Origin: Octopus bimaculoides
Taxonomy: Eukaryota
Direction: 5' to 3'
DNA: 41,691 nt
Assembly (NCBI RefSeq): GCF_001194135.2
Contig: NC_068987.1
Span: 28,362,521 to 28,404,211, forward strand
Position 1 is the first letter of the stretch; each line of letters opens with the position of its first letter. Below, piece after piece: positions 1-12,725 of the stretch. Both the position numbers and the translations under genes were made by a program. The notes beneath the pieces are model-generated. The model did no database searches, was not told the origin of the DNA, and saw only the letters and a program-made list of their open reading frames with translations.

Positions 1-64
1 ATATATATATATATATACATACACATATACATATATACATACATACACATATACATATATACAT
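1..64. repeat. (TA)n/(CATA)n compound microsatellite
   Basis: Directly visible dinucleotide/tetranucleotide tract at the window start. Confidence 0.95.
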
Positions 65-2398
65 ATGAATGAATCCTCCGTCAGTATCGACTATCTGCAT
101 TCAATTGATTGACCCATTGAATTCCTTCTGGAATTCGTCCATTGGTATCAGAATATTCGATACAGACGTTGCACCTTTAATACATTATTTGAAAACACTT
201 GAGTTTCGAATTACTGACTCAGTTCTGAGAGAAAGACACATTGAATCTTTTATTCCATAGCCTGATTCACTGGTAGTTTATAACTTGAACCTGAATTGAC
301 GATATACAAATTTTACTCTGGCTGTATCTAAACGCAAAGCGCAATAAGTCTGAACGAGTACCGGTTATTCTCACTAATGTTACTCGTGTGTATGTGTGGT
401 CCTTGTGTGGTCCTTGTGTGCACATAATTCATACATATTTACGTCTATACTGCAACAATACTTCAGAGCTGAATTAATGCAATCAGTTTATGTTTAAATA
501 ATCTGATTGTTTTTAGTATAAAATAACGAACGTTCAGACCGTCTCAGAACACGAACATATTAAGTCAAACGGTGTAATATTATTTGGAATTTTACTATTT
601 TTGATTTACTAAAGTATGCAACAGCGAGTTGTACTACTTACTAATCACTTTACTACCCCAGGTAGTGTACAATAAGGTATATTTACCTAGTCATACTTGA
701 TTTTCTACTAAGACAAGAACGGTAATGTTCATACTAATGATGTGGTCAAAATGTATACACAAATATGCCTGAATGCTGTCTCCTATCTATACTTCATATA
801 GATATTTATCTGTAACGTTAATCTTCAAATTATCTTTTTTACCTTTTTGAAGATATTTAACTAGCATCAAATATCTTAACAATAAATTTATTCAAATATT
901 TGAATATATCAAAAATGCTTTTATGATTATTTAAATATAAACATTTCATTTAATTGCGCCGATTATACAGAGTGAAGTAGAATTCTTAAGGAAAGAAAGG
1001 CTGAATTTCATTTATATTACAGATACTCGTTTGCCTAGCAGGGTCTGGATCAAATGCAAATACCTCTAGTAGTATTTCAACTCACTACAAAATTTAATCA
1101 GTTAACATATGCAGTTCAGTGCTCTACTCTTTCTACCAACTTACTGCTTTAACACCAGCAATGCTATTTATAATAGCAATGCTTTTCATCCAGCAAAATT
1201 TCAAATATATCTGAAGATTATAAAGTTATACCCCAGCTGAGATTTTTCACGTAGAGGCCATATCAGATTTGCATAAGTTGTATCTTAGCTGAGATATTTT
1301 CAAACATTAAACTAATCTTGACTATTGCTGAAGATAGTTAAACTTTTACTTTATTCATCACGTGTATATCTATAGGGAGGGATTCTAAGCAGAATGGCCA
1401 ACAACGTCTTTTACTACAAAGCATGTATCGAAATCATTGTAGTATATACAATCTGGAGCTTCTTTACTGTATCCTTTCATCTTTACAGTAACTTGGATAA
1501 ATAGGTTTATATGCGCGTGCTGTTATACATATATATACACACACATACATACATGTGTGTGTGTAAGTATGTATATGTACATATATAGATACAGAGAAGT
1601 CACACACATATATGCACATACACACACACACAAACACGCATATATTTATGTGTGTGTATGAGAATATCTGAATGTGTATACTGTCGTGTGAGCATATTTT
1701 TGCGCGTGTGAGTGTGTCTTTTATTTGAGTCGTTCCATTATTATATATAACATTGTGCATGCATAAGTAACGACATCTATCTGTCATGTATTAACATTTT
1801 CCTAGTGAATTATGTTTAATAAATCTGAACGACTCACTGTTGTTAGTCCAAACCAGCAACCTTTGAATGCGAACGTACTCGTTATATAAATGAATGTCTA
1901 TGATTATTCAATTAACTATAATATGAGGATAATCTCTATAAGAAAACACGAACTATTCTTGAATGCAAACACGCTTAATAGTGCCTTCACGATGTAACTT
2001 CCCACTCAGCTTGTATTAAAACCCTGTTCTAATATAATTCGATAGAGAACTGCTTCTATTTCGCAGCAACAGTTAGAATTTCTTGTTCTCATGCCAATAC
2101 TACAGTAACATGGTGATAATAAAAGATTGCTATTTGAGAGAAATGTCACTTCAAGTGTCTGCTCCAACAAGTTGACGTCGGCTTTGAAGATCGCTTGTCA
2201 AGTCAGATAAAATATATCACAGAGAATTAAGCTATAAATTTTTCTTGTTTCTTTCCTATTTACCTTTATCGCTTTGCCATATGTCAACTTGATTGTTAGT
2301 CTGTGGTCATTTGAAAGATTCTTGGGTTAATCATTACACTCAGCGGTGGTAGTTTGTTTTCTAACCGAAAATTCTACAATTCTTTCGACTTGTGCGAG

Positions 2399-2650
2399 CG
2401 TGTGTGTGTGTGTGTGTGTGTGTGTTTGTGTGTGTGTGCGTGAACGTGTGCATGTGTGTGTATTTATGTGCTTGTGAGTATGTATATATAGATGTGTGTG
2501 CACGTGTAGCTGAGTATGTGTATGTGTGTGCAAGTACACACAAAACATACACACACACACGCACGCACACACAAACATACATACGCGCACACACACATAT
2601 TTATTTACATATACAAGTACACATACTCACTTGTGCAGACACAAATATAC
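2399..2650. repeat. (GT)n tract switching to (AC)n tract, degenerate compound microsatellite
   Basis: GT-rich to about 2532, then AC-rich. It explains the V/C/T/H-rich ORFs at 2327-2731. Confidence 0.9.
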
Positions 2651-3619
2651 AAGCAGTCACTGTGTGGTAAGAAAGATTTCACACATACTAATCATGAAAA
2701 TATTATAAGTAAAATATTTTTCTCACCGTGAGTCTTATTCTTCCCTTTTTATTTCTTCGACTAAAGTATTTGTTCCTTTGTAATCATAATATTCGAGAGC
2801 ATCGTAACACGTAAACATCTTGACTCAGAGTGAGGTTTAAATTAGTCTTTGGGTCGTCTGGAATTATTTTTCTCCTCTTTCATAGGGGTAAGTTGCTTTC
2901 TATTTTATTATTTACCACTATCATGGACTGACTTAACCAATTTCTTGAATTTCATATGAAATTTGTTCCTTTTATTGGATTAAAAAAGTTATATTTTAAG
3001 GCAGATCCTTTTTATTAATTTTTGACCAATTATGCATACATTCCAGTTTTGACCCTCTATACCACAGAGGTGCTATTTTTTTATGTTGCATTTAAAGTTA
3101 TAACAATTTATTTGTAACAGTTCATAAAATAATAATAATGTTATTAGTAGTTGCTATAAAGAACAAACAGGTTGGTGAGATATTAATACATTCAAACAAC
3201 ATTTTATAACTTTGAACATGTATTTAAATACTTTTTTTAAATATTTGTTTGACCTAATGTCATTTATAGCACTGAAAGAAAACATAGTTTGGGCTTGAAA
3301 TGAATATACTTAATTTATTCTTCCTGCCTGAAACATCTTAACATAATTTTAAAAGTAATGTTGCTATTATTACCAACTGCATTGATAACAAATACAAGAC
3401 CGAAGCATGTATGTGTTTTTAATGGATTATTGCTTGAAATAGATTAGCTATATTGTTTCCTCTTAAAGTCTATCTAAGAAGACAATTGTATAAAATTGAG
3501 AAAATTAAGATTTTTGTTATATGAAAGTGATAAACAACAATAGCAAAAGCGCACAAATACACACACAAATATATGCAACGAAAATGTTAACAGTGACTTT
3601 GCTCTGCCATTGTCTTCTT

Positions 3620-3682
3620 CTCACTCTGACGAAGCCAGCGTATGGCGATACTTCGAAGACATGGATTTCTTTTAAAAATAAA
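3620..3682 (+). ncRNA. Decayed hammerhead-like motif, possible Penelope-like element remnant
   Basis: CTGACGA (3626-3632), extra A, stem II GCCA-gcgta-TGGC, then GATAC instead of GAAAC, near-palindromic ACTTCGAAGA, GAC instead of GTC, and AATAAA at 3677-3682. Two core substitutions and a poor stem I. Confidence 0.3.
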
Positions 3683-5369
3683 TGCCATGCATTACTTAAA
3701 TATATCGTGTGCTCTTTCATTTAATCTTTGTTTTTAATATATAACTGTAGAGAGAACAATCGTGTGTGTGTGTGTGTGTGGGAGTGTGCAGCAATAAAGA
3801 CCAGGGCAGAGAGGTTCAAAGTCAGAGAGTGAGTGAAATAAAGAGAGAATAGAATGAGATCGGAGTTAATATCGGGAAAATTATTGCTAGTCATTCGAAA
3901 CACATTTTATGATCCCTCACGAAGAGTTATCTTTATGTCAAAAGAGGAAGGCTATTTCGGGGTTATGCGTTTCATTGCAGTTCAGTTATTATTTTAAAAA
4001 CTTGGATGAATTTAAGGACAGTATGTCCTTGTGTTATTTCTGTCTTATTATTTCCGCCCTATTGTATACACCGAAAATACTTGTCAGAAAATATTTTTCA
4101 GAAATTATTTACATCAACGAAAAATATTTTAATTTTGATTGTTTCATGTATAACTTCAAATATGAGGTTTGGATATATTTAGATATGTTAGAAATAGAAA
4201 ATTGGTATATCTATAAGTAGGAGCAAATACGAAATATAAGCCATTGTGCAAACTTAGATGATGGAATTTACTGTAGCAGGATTTTGTTTTTACATATTTC
4301 AAATTTGCTTTTATGCTAAATTATATCTTCTATTTACGAAAACAAAAAAATAACATGTATTAGGAAGATTAAATTGAAGTAAATTCAAATAAATTTTTAA
4401 AGAATTTAGATAAATTCTAGAAATGTCATCGCCTGAAAGCAACCATTGTTTGCGTTTGTTTGTTTGTCAAAGGATGAGTATAGTTTAAGATGAATTTCTT
4501 CTGTTCACATCATTTCTAAGATAAAGATGAGCATAAAAAACACTGTGTTATGCAATACTGAATAAATGCAGTTGAATCATAAATAACAAAAAAAAAAACA
4601 ACAACATAGGAATTAGAAAATGCTAAAGCAAAACTCAAACACAAATTCACATACGCAGATGAAAACACATACAAACAAATAAAAAAACATGCATGCGCTC
4701 ATGCCTACATACATATACAAACATGCATGCTCGCATTCACATAAGCTCACAAATGAATAATAACAATTTATGTTCGGCAATTTGAATATGGGAAGAATTC
4801 TATAAAATGCAATTAGAATTTGTTTTCTTATAAGTAACATTTCAGTCGCTTTATCGAACAATGCAATGAATGTATTAAGTTGTTACTGGCAGAAGAAAAT
4901 GTTTTTTTTTTCTTCTTCTATCTTTGTGTGTTTAAGTCTATAGATAATGTAATCTCTTTCATTTTCCCTCGTACACTAAACATCATAAACAAAATGCTAC
5001 ACACAAACTAACATTGCCATTCAAATAATTAGGTAACTACATAGCCACATGCACACAGAGGGCTTACACATAGAAGGCATACAAACTCGCTCATACACAC
5101 AAGCATATGCAGCAGGAACATACAATAAATTTGCAAATGTACTCTGACACACATGCACAAATACTATTCACCTGTTCATACATAAGGGTCGTTCCAAAGT
5201 TAATGATATGATTGCAAGAAAAGTACACCATTATTTTAGTATTTTTATTTTGTAGTCACGATCAAAATGTTTAGAGCACCGTCACATGTATATGTGTGTA
5301 AACTTGTGTGAGTGTGTATGTATGTGTGTGTATCTGTTATGTGTATCCTGCAACACGCGTACATATAAA

Positions 5370-5372
<3 letters not shown>

Positions 5373-5412
<40 letters not shown>
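5373..5412. repeat. (TA)n microsatellite
   Basis: Perfect TA run of about 20 units. Confidence 0.95.
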
Positions 5413-5418
<6 letters not shown>

Positions 5419-5502
5419 AAGTGAGGAAGAGAGAGCGTATTTATGGTGGAATAATGGTTATTTTCTGTGGCATACTCATATTTACTATTAAAGAATGCTA
5501 TA

Positions 5503-5620
5503 AGACGGTGGAATGGTTGTAGTGGTTTCCGTGCCGGGCAAATTGCTCAACCGCGTTTCGTCAGTCTTTATTTATGTATTATTACGACCATGACTTCCGG
5601 TCGAGATTAATTTGTCTCCA
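5503..5620 (+). mobile_element. Highly diverged SINE family A 5' fragment
   Basis: gccgggcaaattgctcaaccgcgtttcgtcagtcttta aligns by eye with gccgtgtgaaatgtttagcggcatttcgtctgtcttta of the copy at 27019. Confidence 0.4.
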
Positions 5621-7278
5621 TGCTTTTGTTAATATTTTAGACGCTCATATGATCGTGATCAGAATCAAACACATTTTCGACTTTCCCATCCTCAATTCAC
5701 AGGTTTATTCCACACGTGACAGCTAGTTGGAGATAACGTATCCCCAGTACAAATGTGTTACATTGTATAAATAAATAAAGTAAAAAAATTGAAAACAAAA
5801 TTTGAAACCAGTACCTTAGGCTATGGAAAAAAATTATCACACATTATAAATTGTACACATGATTCTCCCAAAGGACAACCTCAGAATACGTATTTAAGAG
5901 ATATTCGTCAGTTTACCTGTGAAATATTAAATTGTTCCAACAAGTGAACGAACAAAACTTAGCATTAGTAAGTGCCCAAACATTCATCAGACGTGCGAAT
6001 TCTCTACGTTATTCTCTGATGCTACTAGCATGACACAATGAGAGAAACCTGCACCTTAACAGTATTGATGCGTTCCATCCTGCAGGCTACCGAGCATTTC
6101 CATTTCATCTAGACAAGATTTGTGACGATACAAGACTATAGCACATGATGCAACGCTGTGAAAGTGATACTTGGGCCTTTGATTGTCGAACGAACAACTT
6201 AACGATTCCCTTATGCTGAATTATATATATATATATATATATACCCACACATGCATACGTTCGTGTTCACTCGCACAAATACACGTATATATACTTGTGA
6301 GTCAGGTCTGGAAGGTGTTAAGACNNNNNNNNNNNNNNNNNNNNNNNNNNNNNNNNNNNNNNNNNNNNNNNNNNNNNNNNNNNNNNNNNNNNNNNNNNNN
6401 NNNNNNNNNNNNNNNNNNNNNNNNNNNNNNNNNNNNNNNNNNNNNNNNNNNNNNNNNNNNNNNNNNNNNNNNNNNNNNNNNNNNNNNNNNNNNNNNNNNN
6501 NNNNNNNNNNNNNNNNNNNNNNNNNNNNNNNNNNNNNNNNNNNNNNNNNNNNNNNNNNNNNNNNNNNNNNNNNNNNNNNNNNNNNNNNNNNNNNNNNNNN
6601 NNNNNNNNNNNNNNNNNNNNNNNNNNNATATACAGTTGAAGCGATGGCGGTTTTACGAAAGTGCATGAGATGAAACATTGAATGAAATTGTCATGGTTGT
6701 TAATAATTTTCCATGGCTATATGTGCGAGATGCTCGAACTTGATGCATCGATTGTGATACTTTCCGCGTGCATATATATATGTGAATGTTTTAGTGTGTT
6801 GGAAGAAATACAGAGGAAAAAACGTTGTCATCAGTAAGCTGACGAGTACGATCTCACTTGACATATTTCTATGATCTTTCATATCTCTCTTCAAAAACAT
6901 TTTCTCTTTATATTCGAAGAGAACAGAATATCTTTTCGTATATGTGTATCGTTATCTACAGCCTTGATGTGAACAATAAATCAAGTATTTTTCAGAGCCT
7001 CTCCGCCAAAAGTGTTAAAAATAAAAGTCAATATAATTAAGACAAAGGCAGAAGGAATATCTGAGGTGTAGGTCAAAAGAACCGACGATACAGACTTCGA
7101 TGAATTGTTCTGCTTTCAGGCGAAATGTTCAAGAATAGATCTCTTGCTTGTTACTTAAGATTTTATTTCCAATAATTTACAATATTGTTGCAGGTGAAAA
7201 ATGTGTTTAATATTTACGGGATTACCAAAAATTGCTGGCCTTGTGCCAAAATGTGAAATCAGTATGTACATAATTATT

Positions 7279-7484
7279 AAGGTGATGAGTCGATAGCACA
7301 CCGGGAAAAATGCTTCGCGGAATTTCGCCCGTCCTCACGTTCTGAGTTCAATTCCTCCGATGCTGATCTTGTTTTCATTCTTTCGAGGTAGATAAAATAA
7401 ATACCAGTCGAACAATGTGACCGATGAAATCGACTAACTCGCTCCTTCCAAATGGCTGTTATTGTACCAAAAGTTTGTAGCAAT
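7279..7484 (+). mobile_element. tRNA-derived SINE family A, diverged near-full copy
   Basis: Head ...agcacaccgggaaaaatgcttcgcggaatttcg, B-box-like ttctgagttcaattcc, core gataaaataaataccag and tail gtaccaaaagtttg. Homologous to the copies at 27019, 36426, 37906 and 39396. Confidence 0.8.
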
Positions 7485-7808
7485 CTTTATATAATTACCA
7501 GGATTCAGATAAATTATTCGATGATTATTTGATCATCTTTTAGATGTCATGAGTTTGAATATGAGTTTGAATATTCAGATGATACCAGACAGGATTTAGA
7601 CGAAGGAATTATTCTTCACTGGTGATAATAAAGTAATTTCAAGTTAACAAATTAAATAAACGCCCAGAAACATTAGGTTACTGCATGTAAGTTTCTAAAT
7701 TCCTATTTCGCTATTGTGTGCCCATATAATTAACAAAAATATAAAAATCCACGGGAAATTGAAAAAGGGCAATATTTTATATTTTAAGGGCATTGAAATA
7801 TTTTAACT

Positions 7809-7972
7809 TTTTCGTCTGTCTTTACGTTCTGAGCTCAACTTCCGCCGAGGTCGACTTTACCTTCCATCCTTTCGGGGTCGATAAATTAAGTACCATTTGC
7901 GTACTGGCATTTATCTAATCGATTGGCCCCTTCCCCCAAAATTTAGGACCTTATGCCTAGAGTAGAAAAGAC
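7809..7972 (+). mobile_element. SINE family A, 5'-truncated copy
   Basis: tttcgtctgtctttacgttctgagctcaacttccgccgaggtcgacttt...catcctttcggggtcgataaattaagtacc...gcctagagtagaaaaga is very close to 27053-27217. Confidence 0.92.
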
Positions 7973-8218
7973 TATAGACCTACAATATTGTTTTACATAA
8001 TATTCCATATTTGGCCACTCTAAGTGTTAAGCACCTACATATCTTTCAAATAACAGTAAATCAACGTTTGCTATTATAATCCAACTGATTACAGTAGGCT
8101 CGTTATATTAGCAATTCTCATACTCTGCGACTTATGATTATCCAAAAACTGGCAACAAGGAATTCGGAGTGATGATTCGTGAAAATTTAAAGCTTCAGCT
8201 TCCCATACATAAAGAAAT

Positions 8219-8357
8219 CTGTATATGTATGTATGTAGGTAGGTAGGTTTGGTAGGTAGGTAAATAGGTAGGTAGGTAGGTAGGTAGGTAGGTATGTATG
8301 TATGTAGGTAGGTAGGTAGGTAGGTAGGTAGGTAGGTAGGTAGGTAGGTAGGTAGGT
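8219..8357. repeat. (TATG)n/(TAGG)n tetranucleotide microsatellite
   Basis: Directly visible. Source of the YLPT-repeat ORFs. Confidence 0.95.
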
Positions 8358-8989
8358 GTGAATGTATTCATGGGGAATAGTGTTTTTTGAAACAAGATTT
8401 ATTGAACTCATTAATTTGTTCTAGTTTTATTGTTTTCTTTTAACAATAATTTCATATTTTCTTAATTAGAGTCTAATAGTTAGTCTGAAGAATATTATTC
8501 TCACATTATGCTTCAAACCTTAAAATCCTTATAGTTACATCTTCGGGGTGAAGTTTTGTTAGAGTCTGTTGCTTTCTTATATAGTAAATAAGGCCATGTG
8601 ACTTCAATGATGTAAATATTTTTGTCGGAATTTTAGTTTCGAACATTAATTTCATTTCATTAGTTGTGGAGTTTACTTCCCTTTGTAAGTAGTGTATATT
8701 GACGGTTTGTTTATTTTATCATTTTTTTTCTGTTATGAATATTGCTTTCATCGTTATTCTAGTTTTTGTATGCAATTCCATATGGATGTGCTGTTCACTA
8801 ACGTTTTCCTATCTCGCATCGTTTTCTTTTTCATGGTATAGTTAATTACATTTGTTCTTTGTCGTAAGAGCATAGTAGGTTGGTGGAAGTGTACCATCAT
8901 AGAATGATAAATATGACTGTGGGAATCGTGAAATTTATCAACGTACTTAAGACATTAGCACTAAAAACTATATAGAGTAACCGTTTACA

Positions 8990-9140
8990 GCATAGGCAAA
9001 ATGCAACGTTTTCTTCGGGCGGGCGGTAAATCGATTATTTCCACCTAGTATTTAAATAGTTTCTTATTATATTGAACTCGAGAAGATGATCTGGTCGGGA
9101 TTGGTACTCACAACTTGAAAGCTAGAAAAATAAATCCGTA
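8990..9140 (-). mobile_element. Highly diverged SINE family A, reverse orientation
   Basis: gcatagg...aaatcgattatttccacctagtatttaaatagtttctt...gagaagatga resembles the minus-strand copy at 39396 (aagtcgattacatcgacccccaatattcagctggtactt...aaaagatgaa). Confidence 0.4.
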
Positions 9141-9651
9141 GTTGTCCAACTCCTTTATGATGATTCTGCCACTCCACCGCCCTTAAAACAAGAGTGCATC
9201 TCATGACAAACATAATATAGTGATGATTAAACATATCAAATCTACATTAAATAATTCGTACAAACACACACTCATACGACACTCTATACTAGGTAACACA
9301 CTGTAGAATCGGAAAAGTAAATTTTCAACATATAAATTCAATATATAAAAATTAGACCTGTGCTGTCTTTACTTAATACTCTTCTACAGAATACTTTGCC
9401 ACTAGTTTGTAAACACAAATAGTTATTTAATTATTTATAGATACACGGATGTATTTCCATTTGTTTCATTTCGTTATTTCAGGCTTTCTTTTCAGCGACT
9501 TAGTATATCAGTTCAGGCACAATTTTTAATTTCTCGAATTTTTTTCTTTTTTTGTGTGCGGGGGGAGGGACTGTAGCTTTTAATGTATTCCTATTGCTAA
9601 TGTGGCTCGATTGAAATAGGCTTATCAGTTTACTTTCAGAAATCTCAGTCA

Positions 9652-9890
9652 AAAGGGCTGGTTTGTTGGCAGAAGCAGTGGAGCGGCAGAAAAATTACTA
9701 TTCAGAAATATATTTGTCTTTTACCACTCATCGTTTTGGATTCAGAATTCTGACGTGGTCGATGTCGATTTCCATCTACCCGATATTCGCTAAAACATGT
9801 TACAGTTAAATATAGTATTGATATAAGCAATTTTTCCTTCCGCCCTCCCCCCACCAAAATAAATGGCTTTTAGCAAGATGATATACATTC
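9652..9890 (+). mobile_element. Highly diverged SINE family A-like copy
   Basis: ttggcagaagcagtggagcggcagaaaaatt head, ttttggattcagaattctgacgtggtcgat B-box region and cctcccccaccaaaat tail, in the same order as family A. Confidence 0.4.
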
Positions 9891-10317
9891 TAAATAGTAG
9901 CAATACGTTATGAATATGAGAAAACACACNNNNNNNNNNNNNNNNNNNNNNNNNNNNNNNNNNNNNNNNNNNNNNNNNNNNNNNNNNNNNNNNNNNNNNN
10001 NNNNNNNNNNNNNNNNNNNNNNNNNNNNNNNNNNNNNNNNNNNNNNNNNNNNNNNNNNNNNNNNNNNNNNNNNNNNNNNNNNNNNNNNNNNNNNNNNNNN
10101 NNNNNNNNNNNNNNNNNNNNNNNNNNNNNNNNNNNNNNNNNNNNNNNNNNNNNNNNNNNNNNNNNNNNNNNNNNNNNNNNNNNNNNNNNNNNNNNNNNNN
10201 NNNNNNNNNNNNNNNNNNNNNNNNNNNNNNNNNNNNNNNNNNNNNNNNNNNNNNNNNNNNNNNNNNNNNNNNNNNNNNNNNNNNNNNNNNNNNNNNNNNN
10301 NNNNNNNNNNNNNNNNN

Positions 10318-10361
<44 letters not shown>

Positions 10362-10384
10362 GTTGTTGTTGTTGTTGTTGTTAT
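10318..10384. repeat. (TTA)n/(TTG)n trinucleotide microsatellite at a gap edge
   Basis: Directly visible. Confidence 0.95.
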
Positions 10385-11451
10385 TTTCTTTTTCATTTTT
10401 TTTTTCTTTCCAATTTTACTTCGAATGACAAAATATTTTGTATTCTTTATTATTTTAACAATATTATTTTAACAATAACATTTTGTATGTAATTTCATTT
10501 TATGCACATAGTAAAGAAATTGTGTGCAACAACTGCATTTTTATGAATTTGATTATTTAAGCTGTCTTTTAATCATCCGAAGTTGTTGTTGGTAAATGAC
10601 TCAATCTAAATATGTCATGTTTTATTTAATATTTCTTGATTTAATGGCATTGGTTTGGAGCTTTTCATTGCAATAAATTTATGAGACAGTTTCGTTTTGC
10701 ACCTCGAGTATGATTTCATGCTCATGGAGAAGTTGTTACATTTACACCCCAACCAAGGAGACAGATCATAAAATATATTGTTATATAATGTATATCAACG
10801 CATAATCACCGACATTACTTTAAGTATTTCGTCGAGTTGCCGCTCAGATCCGGGTTCGACACTACTGTATGGGACCTTGGTTAAATGACTTCTTCTCTTT
10901 CTCAGATTATGTTAAACTGTTGTATATGGAAAATTAGTACAAATGCGTGTTTTTTTTTTTTTTTCAATATTTATTTTTGCTTGCAATCGACGGTTCTTTT
11001 GGTCAAACCATCGTATCTCCAGCTGCTTCAGATGCCAGGATATGAAAAATCGTCTAAGTTTTGCTACGGAATGGTGAAAATATTTTTCGTTTTCTGAAAA
11101 GCAACGGCGTTTTAGCAGAATAGCAACGATATATATGTATATATACATATACGCCCCCCCCCACACACACAAGCACAAATATGCATATACGGACACATAC
11201 AGGTATATTCTTTCACTTATTTCAGTTAATAGACTGCGGCCATGCTGGGAAGCCTACTTGTACAATTTTTAGTCGCCTGAATTGATCCCAGTATTCATTT
11301 AGTTTTTTTTTTAATCTTAAGACATATTTTATTGATCACTTTGCTGAACCGCTAAGTTACGGGGATACAAACATATCATCACCGATTGTCAATTGGTGAT
11401 GTGGGACAAACAAGGCACAAAGACAATCACACAAGCACACACACATATGTA

Positions 11452-12725
11452 TCAGATCATCCCATAATTTCTGTCCGATTTTGCCTTTTTTTAAAATTGA
11501 ATGAAATTTAATAGTATTTTAGAATGTCCAATGGAATTTTAAATTATTTTCATGCATTTGTGTACATTTAAACTAATTAAATATTATTTTACAGAATAAT
11601 AGAATTAAAATTTCTTTGATTAAATCCCTTTCTGACATGAAAGCATCCAAAAACATTTAAGGCAAATAATGCTTTATGAATACAAAAAAGGAAACTCTGC
11701 AGCCGAAGCGACACGAAACATACACTCAGTTTATAGAAAAGAATGCTTGTAGGAAAGAATTTGCAGATGTTTTGCAAAATTCAGAAGTAGAGATTTCAGC
11801 CTTGAAGATGAAGATCGAACAGGACGTCCAGTTGAGTTTGATGATAAGCTCCTTGAGGCATTATTTGAAGAAAATCCTATATTATCAGTTGAAGAACTGG
11901 TAATAAAGCTTAGTTCAAACCATACACCTGTTCATCATCTTCAACAACTTGAAAAGATTCCTAAACTTGGAAAATGGGAGCCTCGTGAATTCTCCGAAAG
12001 CAACCACAAATCCTGAGTTGACATCTGCTCTTCTTTCCATTCTCGCGAATTAATTTCCCCCTTTTTGGATAGACTTGTGACTGGTGACGAAAAAATGGAT
12101 CTTCTATCGAAATGTTTAACGTCGTAAACAGTAGCTTGGTAAAAAGGGAAAAAGCTCAACCACAATCGAGAATGGAACTTCATGGAAAGAAGATTCTTAT
12201 CTCTATCAGGTCGGATTGCAAAGGAGTAATTCACTTTGAATTGTTACCACCTTATGCAACTATCAATGATCAAGTCTACTGTCAGCAATTAGAGCGTTTG
12301 AACCAAGCTTTGAAGAAAAAAACGACCTGCTTTAGTGAATCGAAAAGGAGTATTGATTCCTCAGGAAAATGCGCGCCTCCACAGTGCAAAGATCACATCA
12401 CAGAAGATCGAAGAGCTTGGTTGGGAAAAGATTTTTCATCCACCTTATTCTCCCGACCTTGTTCCTTCAGACAACCATTTGTTTCGTAGTTTACAGAATC
12501 ATTCGGGGGACATAACTTTCGCAAGCAAGGAGGAGGTCGAAACTAATATTTCAGAGTTCTTCGCTTTGAAACCAAAAGAGTTTTACATTGATGGGATTAA
12601 AAGGCTTGTAAATATATGGAAGGATGTCATAGATAATCAGAGTAAGTACATTGATGATTAAATATAACATTTGATCACTTGTTTTCTTTATTCAAAATTC
12701 GGACAGAACTTATGGGATGACCTGA
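11452..12725 (+). mobile_element. Full-length inactive mariner (Tc1/mariner, DD34D) DNA transposon, 1274 bp
   Basis: Left TIR tcagatcatcccataatttctgtccga; right TIR reverse complement tcaggtcatcccataagttctgtccga. TA duplicated at 11450-11451 and 12726-12727. Internal transposase relic. Confidence 0.96.
11637..12661 (+). pseudogene. Mariner transposase pseudogene
   Basis: Joining frames gives MLYEYKKGNSAAEATRNI...TGRP...KWEPRE (WVPHEL-like)...LVTGDEKWIFY...QENARLH...HPPYSPDLVPSDNHLF. There are 34 residues between the second catalytic site (mutated to E) and the third D. Several stops and frameshifts. Confidence 0.95.

Noticed and set aside
69-260. 63-aa ORF of ordinary composition
   Set aside because: No recognisable motif, splice context or partner exon, and its length is within chance expectation.
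3521-3724. ORF with a signal-peptide-like stretch MLTVTLLCHCLLLTLTKPAYG followed by WISFKNKC (C-type-lectin-like)
   Set aside because: It ends after about 25 more residues, with no good donor and no downstream lectin exons found. The same bases are explained at least as well by a decayed hammerhead/PLE remnant.
5179-5285. TA-cataagggtcgttccaaagtt resembling a mariner TIR
   Set aside because: No matching opposite TIR or transposase remnant in the window.
8400-8950. AT-rich block whose minus strand includes cccgaagatg...ttgaagc, vaguely like a PLE hammerhead variant
   Set aside because: Both core segments deviate, no stems can be drawn, and no RT or GIY-YIG motif was recovered.
10912-11196. 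Minus ORF (ENEKYFHHSVAKLRRFF...) with AATAAA and an A-run, and an alternative plus micro-exon MPGYEKSSKFCYGM
   Set aside because: No recognisable homology and mutually exclusive readings. The A-run has no target-site duplication to support a retrocopy.
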